Shown one piece after another: positions 8,764-19,335 of a stretch of DNA of 28,265 bases (positions are counted from its first letter, which is position 1; each line of letters begins with the position of its first letter). A program made the position numbers and the translations under genes. The DNA comes from Egibacteraceae bacterium (lineage in GTDB: Bacteria; Actinomycetota; Nitriliruptoria; Euzebyales; Egibacteraceae): contig DATMKC010000288.1 in assembly GCA_035553555.1 (NCBI GenBank), positions 1-28,265 on the forward strand, in the 5' to 3' direction. A model generated the notes under the pieces. The model ran no database searches and was not told the origin of the DNA. It saw only the letters and a list, made by a program, of their open reading frames with translations.

Positions 8764-9582
8764 CTAGCGGCCGGCGAAGTCCGGCGCGCGACGCTGCATC
8801 GCCGCCGCGACCGCCTCGCCGAAGTCGGCCGAGGACAGGCAGCCGGCCTGGGTGGCGCGCTCGGCCGCCAGGGCGTCCTCACGCGTGCGGTCCAGGCTCT
8901 CGCGCATGAGGCGCGCGGCGCCGGCCTGCGCGAGCGTCGGGCCGGCGGCGAGTGCGGCCGCGTAGGAGCGCGCCGCGGCGTCGAAGTCCTCGTCGTCGAG
9001 CACGGCGTCCACGAGGCCCCACGCCAGGGCCGTCGCCGCGTCGACGCGGCGGGCGCTGACCGCCATGTCGATGGCGCGCGACAGGCCGACCAGGCGGGGC
9101 AGGCGGTAGGTGCCGCCGAGGTCCGGGATGATCGCCCACTTCACCTCGAGCACGCCGATGGAGGCGTCGGGCGCGGCCACCCGCAGGTGGCAGGCGGCCG
9201 CGAGCTGGCAGCCCCCGCCCAGGGCGACGCCGCGCACGGCGGCGACGGTGGGCACCGGCAGGTCCTCCCAGGCGGTGAACGCCTGCTGGAGCCAGGCGAT
9301 CATGCCGTCCTGCGTGCCGCCGCCGGCCGCCTGCAGGGACGGGTCGCCGGCGGCCATCTCCCCGAACAGCGACACGTCCAGGCCGGAAGAAAAGGCGCGG
9401 CCGGCGCCGCGCAGCAGCACGGCCTTCACGGCGCCGTCCTCCGCGGCGGCGCGCGCCTGGGCGGCGGCGTCGTGGAGCCCCTCGAACACGCCGCGGTCCA
9501 GCGCGTTCAGCTTGTCGGGACGGTTCAGCGTGACCACGCCGACCTTGTCGTCGCCGACCTCGAACATCACCCGGTCACTCAT
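8764..9582 (-). CDS. Enoyl-CoA hydratase/isomerase (crotonase) family protein
   Basis: VTLNRPDKLNAL, FSSGLDV, AVRGVALGGGCQLA and LEVKWAIIPDLGG. Start at ATG 9582, 7 nt after TAGGCT (leaderless-type). Confidence 0.9.
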   Translation of the reverse strand: MSDRVMFEVGDDKVGVVTLNRPDKLNALDRGVFEGLHDAAAQARAAAEDGAVKAVLLRGAGRAFSSGLDVSLFGEMAAGDPSLQAAGGGTQDGMIAWLQQAFTAWEDLPVPTVAAVRGVALGGGCQLAAACHLRVAAPDASIGVLEVKWAIIPDLGGTYRLPRLVGLSRAIDMAVSARRVDAATALAWGLVDAVLDDEDFDAAARSYAAALAAGPTLAQAGAARLMRESLDRTREDALAAERATQAGCLSSADFGEAVAAAMQRRAPDFAGR

Positions 9583-9612
9583 GCGATGGAGCCTACTCCG
9601 CATTCCCAATGG

Positions 9613-10866
9613 TCAGTGCTGCCAGTCCTCGCGGCGGGCGGACTCGTCGCCGCTGGTGGGCGCGGCGTCGCGCAGCAGGGCGCCGCGCGTCACGGCCTCG
9701 CCGCCGAAGCGGTCCCGCGCCACGTCGGCGGCGCGCTCCAGGCGGCTCCAGCGGTCGTCGGCGGTCAGGGAGAGCTGGCGGCTGGCGTCCTCCGGCACGA
9801 GGTTGGTGACGCCGACGCCGATCAGGCGCACCCGCACCCGCTCCAGGCGCAGCCCCTCCAGCAGGGCCAGCGCCTCGCGGTGCAGTTCCGTGGCCTCCGC
9901 CGTCGGCATCAGCAGGGTGCGGGACCGGGTCACCGTCTCGAAGCTGGCGTAGCGCAGCTTCAGCGTGACCGTGCGCCCGGCGACGTTGCCCTTGCGCAGC
10001 CGCCGCGCGACCTTCTCCGACAGCCGCAGCAGCTCCCGGCGCAGCACCGCGAGGTCATCGACGTCGTGGGCGAACGTCTCCTCGGCGCTCATGCCCTTGG
10101 CCGGCTCGTGCGGGACCACCGGGCGGTCGTCGCGGCCGTCGGCCAGCGTGCGGATCTGGTGGGCCGCCGCCGGGCCGAGCAGCCGCGCCAGCGTCGCCTC
10201 CGGCGTCGCGCGCACGTCCGCGAGCGTGCGGATGGCGAAGCGGTCCAGCTTCGCGGCGGTCTGCTCGCCCACGCCCCACAGGTCGCGCACGGGCAGCGGC
10301 GCCAGGAAGGCGCCGACCTCCTCGGCGCGCAGGTGCAGGATCCCGTCCGGTTTCGCCTTGCCGCTGCACAGCTTGGCCAGGTACTTGTTCGGCGCGATGC
10401 CGACGCTGGACGGCAGGCCCAGCTCGTCGCGGATGCGGCCGCGGACCAGCTCGGCGATGCGCGGCGGCGGCCCCAGCAGGCGCACGCTGCCGCCGACGTC
10501 CAGGAACGCCTCGTCCAGCGACAGCGGCTCGACCAGCGGCGTGACCGCCAGGAAGATCTCGCGGATCCGGCCGGACACGCGCTGGTAGGCGTCGAAGTCC
10601 GGCGGCAGCACCACGGCGTCCGGGCACAGGCGCAGCGCGCGCGCCATCGGCATGGCGGAGCGCACCCCGGCCGCGCGGGCCTCGTAGGAGGCGCTGGCCA
10701 CGACGCCGCGCCCGCCGGTGCCGCCGACGAGCACGGGGCGGCCCAGCAGCGCCGGGTCCTTGCGCGCCTCGACGGACGCGTAGAACGCGTCCATGTCCAC
10801 GTGCAGGATCGGCTCGGCGACGGCCACCCGCCGAGCGTACGTGCGCCGGGCGAGCGTCGCGCTCAT
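9613..10866 (-). CDS. dinB: DNA polymerase IV (Y family, DinB)
   Basis: Catalytic motifs ILHVDMDAFYASVE, VVASASYEAR and EPLSLDEAFLD are intact, plus LAKL..GKAKPDG and LWGVG. C-terminal QLSL is a clamp-binding-type motif. ATG 10866 overlaps the dnaE2 TGA; 417 aa. Confidence 0.95.
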   Translation of the reverse strand: MSATLARRTYARRVAVAEPILHVDMDAFYASVEARKDPALLGRPVLVGGTGGRGVVASASYEARAAGVRSAMPMARALRLCPDAVVLPPDFDAYQRVSGRIREIFLAVTPLVEPLSLDEAFLDVGGSVRLLGPPPRIAELVRGRIRDELGLPSSVGIAPNKYLAKLCSGKAKPDGILHLRAEEVGAFLAPLPVRDLWGVGEQTAAKLDRFAIRTLADVRATPEATLARLLGPAAAHQIRTLADGRDDRPVVPHEPAKGMSAEETFAHDVDDLAVLRRELLRLSEKVARRLRKGNVAGRTVTLKLRYASFETVTRSRTLLMPTAEATELHREALALLEGLRLERVRVRLIGVGVTNLVPEDASRQLSLTADDRWSRLERAADVARDRFGGEAVTRGALLRDAAPTSGDESARREDWQH

Positions 10867-13800
10867 CCCGCCGAGCCGCCGGACCGATGCCACAGCGGGG
10901 TTTGTCTCTCCCCAATGCGCGGGGGCATGCCCGCGATGCGCCCCTGGCGCAGCACCGCGCGCAGGCGGTCGCCGCGCCACGCGTCCAGCAGGTCGCGCAA
11001 GTCCCAGGCGCTGTGCGCGTTGACGGACACGGCGCGCCCGCCGCCGTGGCGCACGCGGCCCTCCACCACCAGCAGCCAGGAGTGGAAGACGGTGTGCGCG
11101 CAGCGCTCCAGCACGCGTTCGAAGAACGCGAGGTCGGCCACGCCGGTGGCGTCGTCCAGCGACAGGAACACCACGCGCTGCCCGGAGCGGATCGGCGGGG
11201 TCTGCGTGGCGACCTTGACGCCCGCGACGCGCACCAGCGCGCCGTCGGGGCGGTCCAGCAGGCCGGCGGCGCGCGTCACGCCGAGCGCCTCCAGCAGCGG
11301 CTCGTAGAAGCTCACCACATGGGCGCTGGCGTCCAGGCCCAGCACCTCGAGTTCGGCGCGCACGCGCTCGCTGAGGGTGTAGTCGGCCAGCCCGGCCGCC
11401 GCCTCGGCGAGGAGCTCGCCCTGCACCGGCTTGGCCGCCGCGGCCTTCGTGCGCGCGCCACTCCAGCGCTCGGCGACCTCCAGCACGATGTCGCGGCGGG
11501 AGCGCCCAGGCGCCAGGCACTCCAGCGCGCCGACGTGCGCGAGCGCCTCGGCGACCGGGGCCGACAGCGCCGAACGGTCCCGCAGGTCCGCCACCGACGT
11601 GAACGGCCGGTGCGCCAGGACCGACTCGATCATGCGCTCGTCGATCCCCGCCACATCGCACAACGCCAGCCTGATGCCGAACCGCACCGACGGCTCCGCC
11701 GGATCACTCCCCAGGTCCGGCACAGCAGACGCTGGAGCCGCCGGGAGGGACGGGGTGGGGCCGGCCCATCGACCGGCGCCGACGTAAAGAGGGTTTCCGG
11801 AGGCGCCGGGAGAATGGGACGGCCCCACCGGCACACCGGGCTCCCTTGCGCCCCCCGCCGGACCCGTTGCGCACCCCGCCATCCCGGCGTGATCTGCCGG
11901 CACACGCTCGACGCGGTAGTCGCGGGCGGAGCGGTTGACGTCCAGCGGCAGCACGGCGACGCCCAGCCGGCGCGCGTCCTCCAAGAGCAGCCGCCGCGGG
12001 TACATGCCGGGATCGTGGGTGAGCAGCCCGGCGACGAACTCCGGCAGGTAGTGGCGCTTGAGCCACGCCGAGCGCCACGTCGGCACGGCGAACGCCGCCG
12101 CGTGCGCCTTGCAGAAGCCGAACGAGGCGAACTGCTCCAGCGCGTGCCACAGCCTGCGCGCCGTCGCCTCGTCGATGCCGCGCTCGGCGCAGCCGGCCAG
12201 GACCCAGTCGCGGATCTCCTCCAGGCGCTCGGCGTCGGACAGGCGCCGGCGCACCAGGTCGGCCACCGCCAGGTCGCAGCCGGTCACCGCGGCCACGCAG
12301 CGCATCACCTGCTCGTGGAACACGATCACGCCGTGGGTCTCCGCCAGCGCCCGCTCCAGGATCGGGTGCGGGTAGACGGTCGGCTCGCGCCCGTGGCGGC
12401 GCGCGACGAACGGCCGCACCATGTCGCCCTTCACCGGCCCGGGGCGGAACAGCGAGATGTCGACCACGAGGTCGTGCAGCTCGGCGGGCTGCAGCCGGCC
12501 GATCAGGTCGCGCTGCCCGGGCGACTCGATCTGGAACATGCCCAGCGTGCGCGTGGAGCGGATCAGCTCGTAGGTGTCCTCGTCGTGCCACGGGATCGCC
12601 GACAGGGCCACGTCCTGGCCGCGCACCCGTCGCACCTCGTCCACGCAGTGCGACATTGCCGACAGCATGCGCACCGCCAGCACGTCCAGCTTGCACAGGC
12701 CGAGCGCCTCGACGTCGTCCTTGTCGAACTGCGCCATCGCGAAGCCGTGCGCGGAATGCTCCATGGGCACCAGGTCGCGCAGGGTGGCGTCGGCCAGCAG
12801 CACGCCCGAGGGGTGCAGCGCGATGTGGCGCGGCAGGCCGTCCAGCGCCTCCACCGCGTCGAACAGGAACGCCAGGTCCGGCCGGTCCAGGTTGCGCCCG
12901 CGCAGCTCCGGCAGGTGGTCCAGCCCCTTGCGCACGTCGCGGGCGCGCAGGTGCGGGAACGCCTTGGCGATCACGTCGATCTCGGCCTGCGGCAGGCCGA
13001 TCGCCTTGCCGGCCTCGCGGATCGCCATGCGCGCCTGGAACGTCTCCACCATGGCGACGCAGGCGACGCGGTCGTCGCCGTAGCGGTCGAGGATGTCGCG
13101 GTAGATGTCCTCCCGGCGCGCCGACTCCACGTCGATGTCGATGTCGGGCAGCTCCTCGCGGTAGGGGTTCATGAAGCGCTCGAACGCGAGGTCGTGCGCG
13201 ATCGGGTCGACGTCGGAGATGCGCAGCGCGTAGATCAGGATGCTGCCGGCGGCCGAGCCGCGGCAGGCGGCGATGATGCCCTTGGAGCGGATGCGCGCGA
13301 CGATCTCGGCGACGGTGAGGAAGTACGGCGCCAGGCCCATGCGCGCGCACATCGCGAGCTCGCGCTCGAACGTGTCCCAGTGGCGCTCGGCCGGGCTGGC
13401 GTAGCGCTCGCGGATGCCGGCCTCGGCGCGCGCCTTGAGCTCCGCCAGCGCGTCCTGCCCCAGCGCGACGAAGTCGGGCACGCGCAGGCGGCCCAGCTCC
13501 AGCTCGGCCTCGCAGCGTTCGGCGACCCACGCGGCGTTGGCGACCGCGTCGGGACGCTCACGGAAGACCTCCGCCATCTCCTCAGGCGTCTTGAGATAGC
13601 CCTGGTCGTTGGCGCGCCCGCGCGCCACGGTGCGCAGCGGCGCCTGGAGGCGCACGGCGTCGAGCACGTCGGCGATGCGCGCGTGCGCGGCGTCGAGGTA
13701 GCGCGGCTCCTGGTTCGCCACGGCGCGCAGGCCCAGCCGGTCGGCCAGCGCGAAGCGCGCGCGGGCGCGGGCGTCGTCGCCGGGCGCCAGGTGGTGCGTC

Positions 13801-14365
13801 ACGCCGACGAGCACGGAGCTCGGCCCGTACACGTCCATCCAGCGGCGCGCCCCGACGCCGCCGCGGCGTCGGGGCGCCCGGCGTCGAGCAGGCGGCCGAC
13901 CGGGGAGTCGTCGCCGAGCAGCACGAACTGCGCGTCCGGGCGGCGCTCCATCTGCGCCCACGTCAGCCGCGGCGTCCCACGGACGGACTCCAGGTGCGCG
14001 TCGGACACGGTGCGCGCCAGGTTGGCGTAGCCCGGCGTGGTGCGCGCGATCAGGGTGACCCGCGAGGGCCCGTCGTCCAGCCACGCCGGGCCGCTGCCGG
14101 GACCGGCGAAGCGGCCGCGCTGGACGCGCGCCGCCCAGCCGGGCCGCGCATCGTCGGGCCGCAGCGCCAGGTCCGCCCCGTAGATCGGCCGCACCCCGGC
14201 GGCCTGGCAGGCCTGCGCCACGCGCACCGCCCCGTACAGGCCATCGCGGTCGGCCACGCCCACGGCGCGCATGCCGCGTTCGGCCACCGCCTGGGCCAGC
14301 TCGCCGGGACGCAGCGCCCCGTGGCGCATCGAGTAGCAGGTCCGTGCGGCGAGGTGAGCGAACAT
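10863..14365 (-). CDS. dnaE2: Error-prone DNA polymerase III alpha paralogue DnaE2 (one-base frameshift near 13850-13870 as sequenced)
   Basis: The PHP domain (MFAHLAARTCYS..GA, ADRDGLYGAV) lies in ORF 13799-14365. The rest lies in ORF 10863-14777: CRGSAAGS, ELPDIDID, KLDVLAVRML, FQIESPGQ, YGFCKAHAA-like FGFCKAHAA, and OB-fold VAGVKVATQTPP..SLDDATG. Length 3503 nt is one base short of 1168 codons. Confidence 0.9.
11754..11829. repeat. Imperfect palindrome inside an in-frame insertion of dnaE2
   Basis: Arms GGTGGGGCCGGCCCATCGACCGGCGCC (11754-11780) and GGCGCCGGGAGAATGGGACGGCCCCACC (11802-11829) surround GACGTAAAGAGGGTTTCCGGA. Confidence 0.7.
13847..13877. repeat. Perfect 14-bp inverted repeat at the dnaE2 frameshift
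   Basis: GCGCCCCGACGCCG-ccg-CGGCGTCGGGGCGC. Confidence 0.85.
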
Positions 14366-14373
14366 GTGTTCGA
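14358..14373. promoter_or_regulatory. LexA (SOS) box overlapping the dnaE2 start codon
   Basis: GCGAACATGTGTTCGA fits the actinobacterial CGAAC-N4-GTTCG consensus. CAGAAT (-10-like) sits 7 nt upstream of the ATG on the minus strand. Confidence 0.9.
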
Positions 14374-14519
14374 TTCTGCTCGCGAACGCACCCGCCCAAC
14401 AGGGTGGAGAGCGGTGTACCGATAGCCCGCCGAGCGGTGCGGCAGCAAGTTTGACCTCGCGCCGTGCGCGGAACCCCCGTACCCTCTGCGCTTCCCCGCC
14501 GCACCCACGAGGAGCCCGC

Positions 14520-15284
14520 ATGGAGCCGGTCTACACGCCCGTCATCGGGGCCGCGAAGACGCTCATCGCCGCCATGAACTGGAAGATCCAGATCCACGGC
14601 GCCGAGCACATCCCCGCGTCGGGCCCGGCGCTGCTGGCGTCCAACCACATCGGCTACCTGGACTTCGTGTTCATCGGCTACGGCGCGCTGGACCGCGGCC
14701 GCATGGTCCGCTTCGCCGCCAAGAAGGAGGTCTTCGACCACAAGGTCTCCGGCCCCCTCATGCGCGGCATGCGGCACATCCAGGTGGACCGCTTCGGCGG
14801 CGCGGACGCCGCCGTGGTCGCCTCGGTCGCCGCCATGCGCCGCGGCGAGGTGATCGGCATGTTCCCGGAGGGCACCATCAGCCGCTCGTTCATCCCGGCC
14901 GCCGGCAAGACCGGCGCGGCGCGCATGGCGATGGACGCGCAGGCGCCGCTGATCCCCACGGCGGTGTGGGGCACCCAGCGCATCCTCACCAAGGGACGCC
15001 CGAAGAACTTCCAGCGCGGCGTCGTGATCGACGTGCGCTACGGCGAGCCGGTCGCCTGCCAGCCCGGCGACGACCCCACCGAGGTCACCAAGCGCCTGAT
15101 GGACGCCATCACCGGCCTGGTCGAGAACGCCGCGCGCGAGTACCCGCAGCGGCCGGCCGGCGACGGCGACCGCTGGTGGCTGCCGGCGTCGATGGGCGGC
15201 ACCGCGCCCACCGTCGAGGAGGCCGAGGCGATGGCCGCGGCGGAACGGGCCGAGCGGCGCGCGAAGCGGCAGCGCGAGGGCTGA
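14520..15284 (+). CDS. 1-acyl-sn-glycerol-3-phosphate acyltransferase (PlsC/LPLAT family)
   Basis: SNHIGYLD (HX4D), FAAKKE, FPEGT and KTGAARMA; GAGGAG SD before ATG 14520. Confidence 0.92.
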   Translation: MEPVYTPVIGAAKTLIAAMNWKIQIHGAEHIPASGPALLASNHIGYLDFVFIGYGALDRGRMVRFAAKKEVFDHKVSGPLMRGMRHIQVDRFGGADAAVVASVAAMRRGEVIGMFPEGTISRSFIPAAGKTGAARMAMDAQAPLIPTAVWGTQRILTKGRPKNFQRGVVIDVRYGEPVACQPGDDPTEVTKRLMDAITGLVENAAREYPQRPAGDGDRWWLPASMGGTAPTVEEAEAMAAAERAERRAKRQREG

Positions 15285-15340
15285 AACCCGGCCGCCCCGC
15301 GCGGCGTCTCACCGGCACGACACGAGCGGGAGGTGGGACG

Positions 15341-15874
15341 ATGCGGATCGCGCTGCTCACGGTGACGTTGGCGCTGGCCGCGGCGTGCGCCGGCCCGGAC
15401 GGCGCGGAGGTGTCCTTCAGCACGCCGCCGGACGACGCCCGCACGCAGGCCGTGCCGCCGGAACCGGCCGCCACGAGGGAGGCGGCCACGCCGGGGGCCG
15501 CCACGGCGAGCGCGGTCCCGGCCCAGACGCCGGGGCCGGCGGCCCCGCGGACCGTCCCGGCCTCGCCCACACCGTCCGGCGGGCCGCGCGAGCTGGGCGC
15601 GGACGAGGACGCCAAGGTCGGCCAGCCGTACCTGTACCGCCTGTACACGCACTGCGGGATCGAGGCGACGTGGTGGAACGGCGCCTGGTGGGACGCCGAC
15701 CCGCCGCTGTCGGACGGCAGCGGCAACCCGCCGCCCGGGTGGGGCAACCCGTACCAGGACGGCGTGATCGTGCAGGTCTCCGAGACGCGGCTGGAGTTCA
15801 CCGGCGACGAGGGACAGCGCGCCGCCTTCCGGCCGCGGCCGGCCGACGTCGGCGCCCCACCCCCCTGCGACTGA
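15341..15874 (+). CDS. Uncharacterised lipoprotein
   Basis: GGAGGT SD, signal peptide with lipobox LAAAC, a Pro/Ala/Thr linker, and a compact C-terminal domain YRLYTHCGI...WWNGAWW...PPPCD. Confidence 0.75.
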   Translation: MRIALLTVTLALAAACAGPDGAEVSFSTPPDDARTQAVPPEPAATREAATPGAATASAVPAQTPGPAAPRTVPASPTPSGGPRELGADEDAKVGQPYLYRLYTHCGIEATWWNGAWWDADPPLSDGSGNPPPGWGNPYQDGVIVQVSETRLEFTGDEGQRAAFRPRPADVGAPPPCD

Positions 15875-15903
15875 CCGGACGTCCACAGATTTCAGCCGGG
15901 TAT

Positions 15904-15941
15904 GGGTGCACTTTCAGAGCGATGACTCTGAGAGTGCACCC
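15904..15941. terminator. Stem-loop between convergent genes; probable bidirectional terminator
   Basis: GGGTGCACTTTCAGAG-cgatga-CTCTGAGAGTGCACCC: 16-bp stem with one wobble, 8 nt from the aceE stop. Confidence 0.75.
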
Positions 15942-15949
15942 AGCGACGG

Positions 15950-18727
15950 TCAGGGCAGCTCGGTGGTCGCGTCCGGGTCGATGCCATAGCGCTCCACTGC
16001 CTCGCGCACCAGCTTGGCCTCCACCGCGCCCTGTTTGGCCAGCTCGTGCAGCGCCGCCAGCGCGACGTGCTCGGCGTCGATGCGGAACAGCCGCCGCAGG
16101 GCCGAGCGCAGGTCGGACCGGCCGAAGCCGTCCGTGCCCAGCACGTGGTACGGCGCCGGCACCCACGGCGCCACCAGCAGCGGCACCGCCTTCTGGTAGT
16201 CCGTCACGGCGATCACCGGCGCGTCACCGGCCCCGCGCAGCGCCTCGGTGACCCACGGCACGCGCGGCTCCTCCTCCGGGTGCAGCAGGTTCCACTCGTC
16301 GCACGCGACGCCCTCGCGGTGCAGTTGCACCCAGCCGGGGGCGGACCACACCTCGGTGCGCACGCCCCAGTCCTCCGCCAGCAGGTCGCGGGCGCGCAGC
16401 GCCGCCGGCATCGCCGAGCCGCTGGTCAGCACGCGCGCCAGCGGCCCGTCGCCGTCGGGCGCCTCCAGGTAGCGGTACAGGCCGCGCAGCACCAGCCGCT
16501 CGTCGAGGCCGTCGGGCATCGGCGGCTGCGGCACCGGCTCGTTGTAGACGGTGAGGTAGTACATGAGGTCAGCACCATGGCCTACCGCTTCGCTGCTTGA
16601 GGCCGGACCGTCGGGGTCGGCCTGGTTGCCGAGCATCCTGTTGATGCCGTCCTCCACGACGACGGCGATCTCGTAGGCGAAGCTCGGGTCGTAGGACACC
16701 ACCGCGGGGTTGGTGGCCGCGTACAGCAGCGAGTGGCCGTCCTCGTGCTGCAGCCCCTCGCCGTTCAGCGTGGTGCGCCCGGCCGTCGCGCCGATCAGGA
16801 ACCCCTTGCAGCGCTGGTCCGCGGCCGACCAGATGAGGTCGGCGGTGCGCTGGAAGCCGAACATCGAATAGAAGACGTAGACCGGCAGCATGTGCTCGCT
16901 GAACGTCGCGTACGCCGAGCCGGCAGCGTGGAACGACGCCATGGAGCCGGCCTCGGTGATCCCCTCGTGCAGGATCTGGCCTTGCGTGGACTCCCGGTAG
17001 GCCAGCAGCATCTCGCGGTCCACCGGCTCGTAGGTCTGCCCGTGCGGCGAGTAGATCTTCTCCGTGGGGAACATCGCGTCCATGCCGAACGTGCGCGCCT
17101 CGTCCGGGATGATCGGCACGATGCGCTTGCCCAGGTCCGGGTGCTTGAGCAGGTCCTTGAGCAGCCGCACGAACGCCATGGTGGTGGCGACGTCGTGCTT
17201 GCCGGAGCCCTGCTTCAGTTCCGCGTAGGCGTCGCGCTCCGGCAGGCTGACCGGGTGCACGCGCACGCGCCTGGCCGGCAGCGGCCCGCCCAGCTCCAGG
17301 CGCCGCTCCAGCATGTACTGGATCTCGTCGGAGTCCTCGCCCGGGTGGTAGTACGGCGGCAGGTCGCTCTCCAGCGCCTCGTCCGGGATGTCCAGGTACA
17401 GCCGGTCGCGGAACTTCTTCAGCGCCTTCTGCGTGAGCTTCTTCATCTGGTGCGTGGCGTTGCGCGCCTCGAAGTCCGGCCCCAGCGTCCAGCCCTTGAT
17501 GGTCTGCGCCAGGATCACGGTGGGCTGGCCGGCGTGGTTCACGGCGGCCTCGTAGGCGGCGTAGACCTTGCCGTAGTCGTGGCCGCCGCGGTCCAGCACC
17601 GGCAGGTCCGCCTCCGTCAGGCTGGACTGCTCCAGGATGCGCCGCAGCTCCGGGGAGTCGAAGAAGTGCTCCCTGATGTAGGCGGCGTCACTGACGCTGT
17701 AGGTCTGGAACTGCCCGTCGGGCGTCGCGTTCATCTTGCTGACCAGCGCCCCCGTGGTGTCCAGCGCCAGCAGCTCGTCCCACTTGCGGCCCCACACCAC
17801 CTTGATGACGTTCCACCCGGCGCCGCGGAACAGCGACTCCATCTCCTGGATGATCTTGCCGTTGCCGCGCACCGGGCCGTCCAGGCGCTGCAGGTTGCAG
17901 TTGACCACCCAGATGAGGTTGTCCAGCTCCTCGCGGGCGGCGACCGTCAGCGCGCCCTGGGACTCGGGCTCGTCCATCTCGCCGTCGCCCACGAACGCCC
18001 ACACGCGCGAGTCGCCGGTGTCGGCGATGCCGCGGTGGTGCAGGTAGCGGTTGAAGCGGGCCTGGTAGATGGAGTTGATCGGGCCCAGCCCCATGGAGAC
18101 GGTGGGGAACTCCCAGAAGTGCGGCATGAGGCGCGGGTGCGGGTAGCTGGGCAGCCCGGCGCGGCCGTCGGACGTGCGGCGCGTCTCCTGGCGGAACAGG
18201 TCCAGATGCTCCTCGCTGAGCCGCCCCTCCAGGTAGGCGCGCGCGTAGATGCCCGGTGAGGCGTGGCCCTGGAAGAAGATCTGGTCGCCGTGGCGCGGGT
18301 CGTCGGACGTGCCCTTGCCGCGGAAGAAGTGGTTGAAGCCGACCTCGTACAGCGACGCCGACGAGGCGTACGTGGCGATGTGGCCGCCGACGCCGATGTC
18401 GGGCCGGTTCGCGCGGCTGACCATGACCGCGGCGTTCCAGCGGATGTAGGCGCGGATGCGCCGCTCGATGTACTCGTCGCCGGGGAACGGCGGCTCGCGG
18501 TCCGGCGGGATCGTGTTGATGTAGTCGGTGGAGCGCAGGTGCGGCACGCCGACCTGCTGCTCGCGGGCGCGTTCCAGCACGCGCAGCAGCAGGTAGCGGG
18601 CGCGCTGGCGCCCCTCGCGCTGGACCACCGCGTCCAGGGACTCGATCCACTCGCGGGTCTCCTGGGGGTCCACGTCGGGGAGCTGGGTCGGCATCCCGTC
18701 CGTGATCACTGGCTTGCGGTCGGTCAC
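15950..18727 (-). CDS. aceE: Pyruvate dehydrogenase E1 component, homodimeric AceE type
   Basis: [44 protein letters not shown]-binding [17 protein letters not shown] and [10 protein letters not shown]. Start set at GTG 18727 after AGGAAGGA. Confidence 0.96.
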   Translation of the reverse strand: MTDRKPVITDGMPTQLPDVDPQETREWIESLDAVVQREGRQRARYLLLRVLERAREQQVGVPHLRSTDYINTIPPDREPPFPGDEYIERRIRAYIRWNAAVMVSRANRPDIGVGGHIATYASSASLYEVGFNHFFRGKGTSDDPRHGDQIFFQGHASPGIYARAYLEGRLSEEHLDLFRQETRRTSDGRAGLPSYPHPRLMPHFWEFPTVSMGLGPINSIYQARFNRYLHHRGIADTGDSRVWAFVGDGEMDEPESQGALTVAAREELDNLIWVVNCNLQRLDGPVRGNGKIIQEMESLFRGAGWNVIKVVWGRKWDELLALDTTGALVSKMNATPDGQFQTYSVSDAAYIREHFFDSPELRRILEQSSLTEADLPVLDRGGHDYGKVYAAYEAAVNHAGQPTVILAQTIKGWTLGPDFEARNATHQMKKLTQKALKKFRDRLYLDIPDEALESDLPPYYHPGEDSDEIQYMLERRLELGGPLPARRVRVHPVSLPERDAYAELKQGSGKHDVATTMAFVRLLKDLLKHPDLGKRIVPIIPDEARTFGMDAMFPTEKIYSPHGQTYEPVDREMLLAYRESTQGQILHEGITEAGSMASFHAAGSAYATFSEHMLPVYVFYSMFGFQRTADLIWSAADQRCKGFLIGATAGRTTLNGEGLQHEDGHSLLYAATNPAVVSYDPSFAYEIAVVVEDGINRMLGNQADPDGPASSSEAVGHGADLMYYLTVYNEPVPQPPMPDGLDERLVLRGLYRYLEAPDGDGPLARVLTSGSAMPAALRARDLLAEDWGVRTEVWSAPGWVQLHREGVACDEWNLLHPEEEPRVPWVTEALRGAGDAPVIAVTDYQKAVPLLVAPWVPAPYHVLGTDGFGRSDLRSALRRLFRIDAEHVALAALHELAKQGAVEAKLVREAVERYGIDPDATTELP

Positions 18728-18849
18728 AGCGCTGGTCCTTCCTGCGTGCACGTGCGCCTCGCGCGCCATGTCGCGGCGGTCGGGCGCCCTTTTGCGCCAG
18801 TCTTCCACCATCGGCGGGGCCGCGCCGGGTACCTTGCCCGCTGTTCCCG

Positions 18850-19335
18850 ATGACCAAAGACCCAGGCGAGGCGATGCCCGTGCACGGCGGACGGACGTGG
18901 GTGCTGGCGGCTGTGCTGTGCGTCGCCCTGGCCGCCTGCGGCGGCGGGGCGGAGCCCGGCTCGGAGACGTCGGTGTTCCGCATCCGGCCCGGCGACTGCT
19001 TCAACGACCCGCCGGCGGAGCGGCAGCTGGACCAGGTCGACGTGGTGCGCTGCGACCAGCCGCACGACAACGAGGTGTTCGCGGCGATCGAGCACCCCGC
19101 CGCGCCGGAGGAGCCGTTCCCCGGCCGCGACGCGCTGGTGGGCTACGCCGAGCAGGGCTGCCCGGAGCCGTTCGCGGACTACGTCGGCGCGACGTACGAC
19201 CAGTCGCGCTTCTCGCTGTTCCCGATCGTGCCGAGCGCGGACACGTGGGCGAAGGGCGACCGCCAGATCATCTGCGCGCTGTACGACCACCGGGCCGGCA
19301 AGCTGACCGGCTCCGTGCGCGGCTCAGGCCAGTAG
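18850..19335 (+). CDS. Septum formation family (Septum_form) lipoprotein
   Basis: Lipobox LAAC, then [19 protein letters not shown] and [12 protein letters not shown]. The start could instead be ATG 18874. Confidence 0.75.
   Translation: MTKDPGEAMPVHGGRTWVLAAVLCVALAACGGGAEPGSETSVFRIRPGDCFNDPPAERQLDQVDVVRCDQPHDNEVFAAIEHPAAPEEPFPGRDALVGYAEQGCPEPFADYVGATYDQSRFSLFPIVPSADTWAKGDRQIICALYDHRAGKLTGSVRGSGQ

Noticed and set aside
11682-11903. Intein in DnaE2
   Set aside because: Too short and low-complexity; no N-terminal Cys/Ser block and no His-Asn C-terminal motif.
13840-13900. Programmed -1 ribosomal frameshift in dnaE2
   Set aside because: No slippery heptamer, and the shift point falls within the hairpin rather than 5-9 nt upstream of it.
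8758-14030. Plus-strand ORFs 8758-11307 and 10887-14030
   Set aside because: Antisense shadows of dinB and dnaE2 with no recognisable motifs.
14366-14777. N-terminal part of ORF 10863-14777 taken as the dnaE2 start
   Set aside because: It overlaps the divergent acyltransferase and lacks PHP motifs; the true PHP domain is in another frame starting at 14365.
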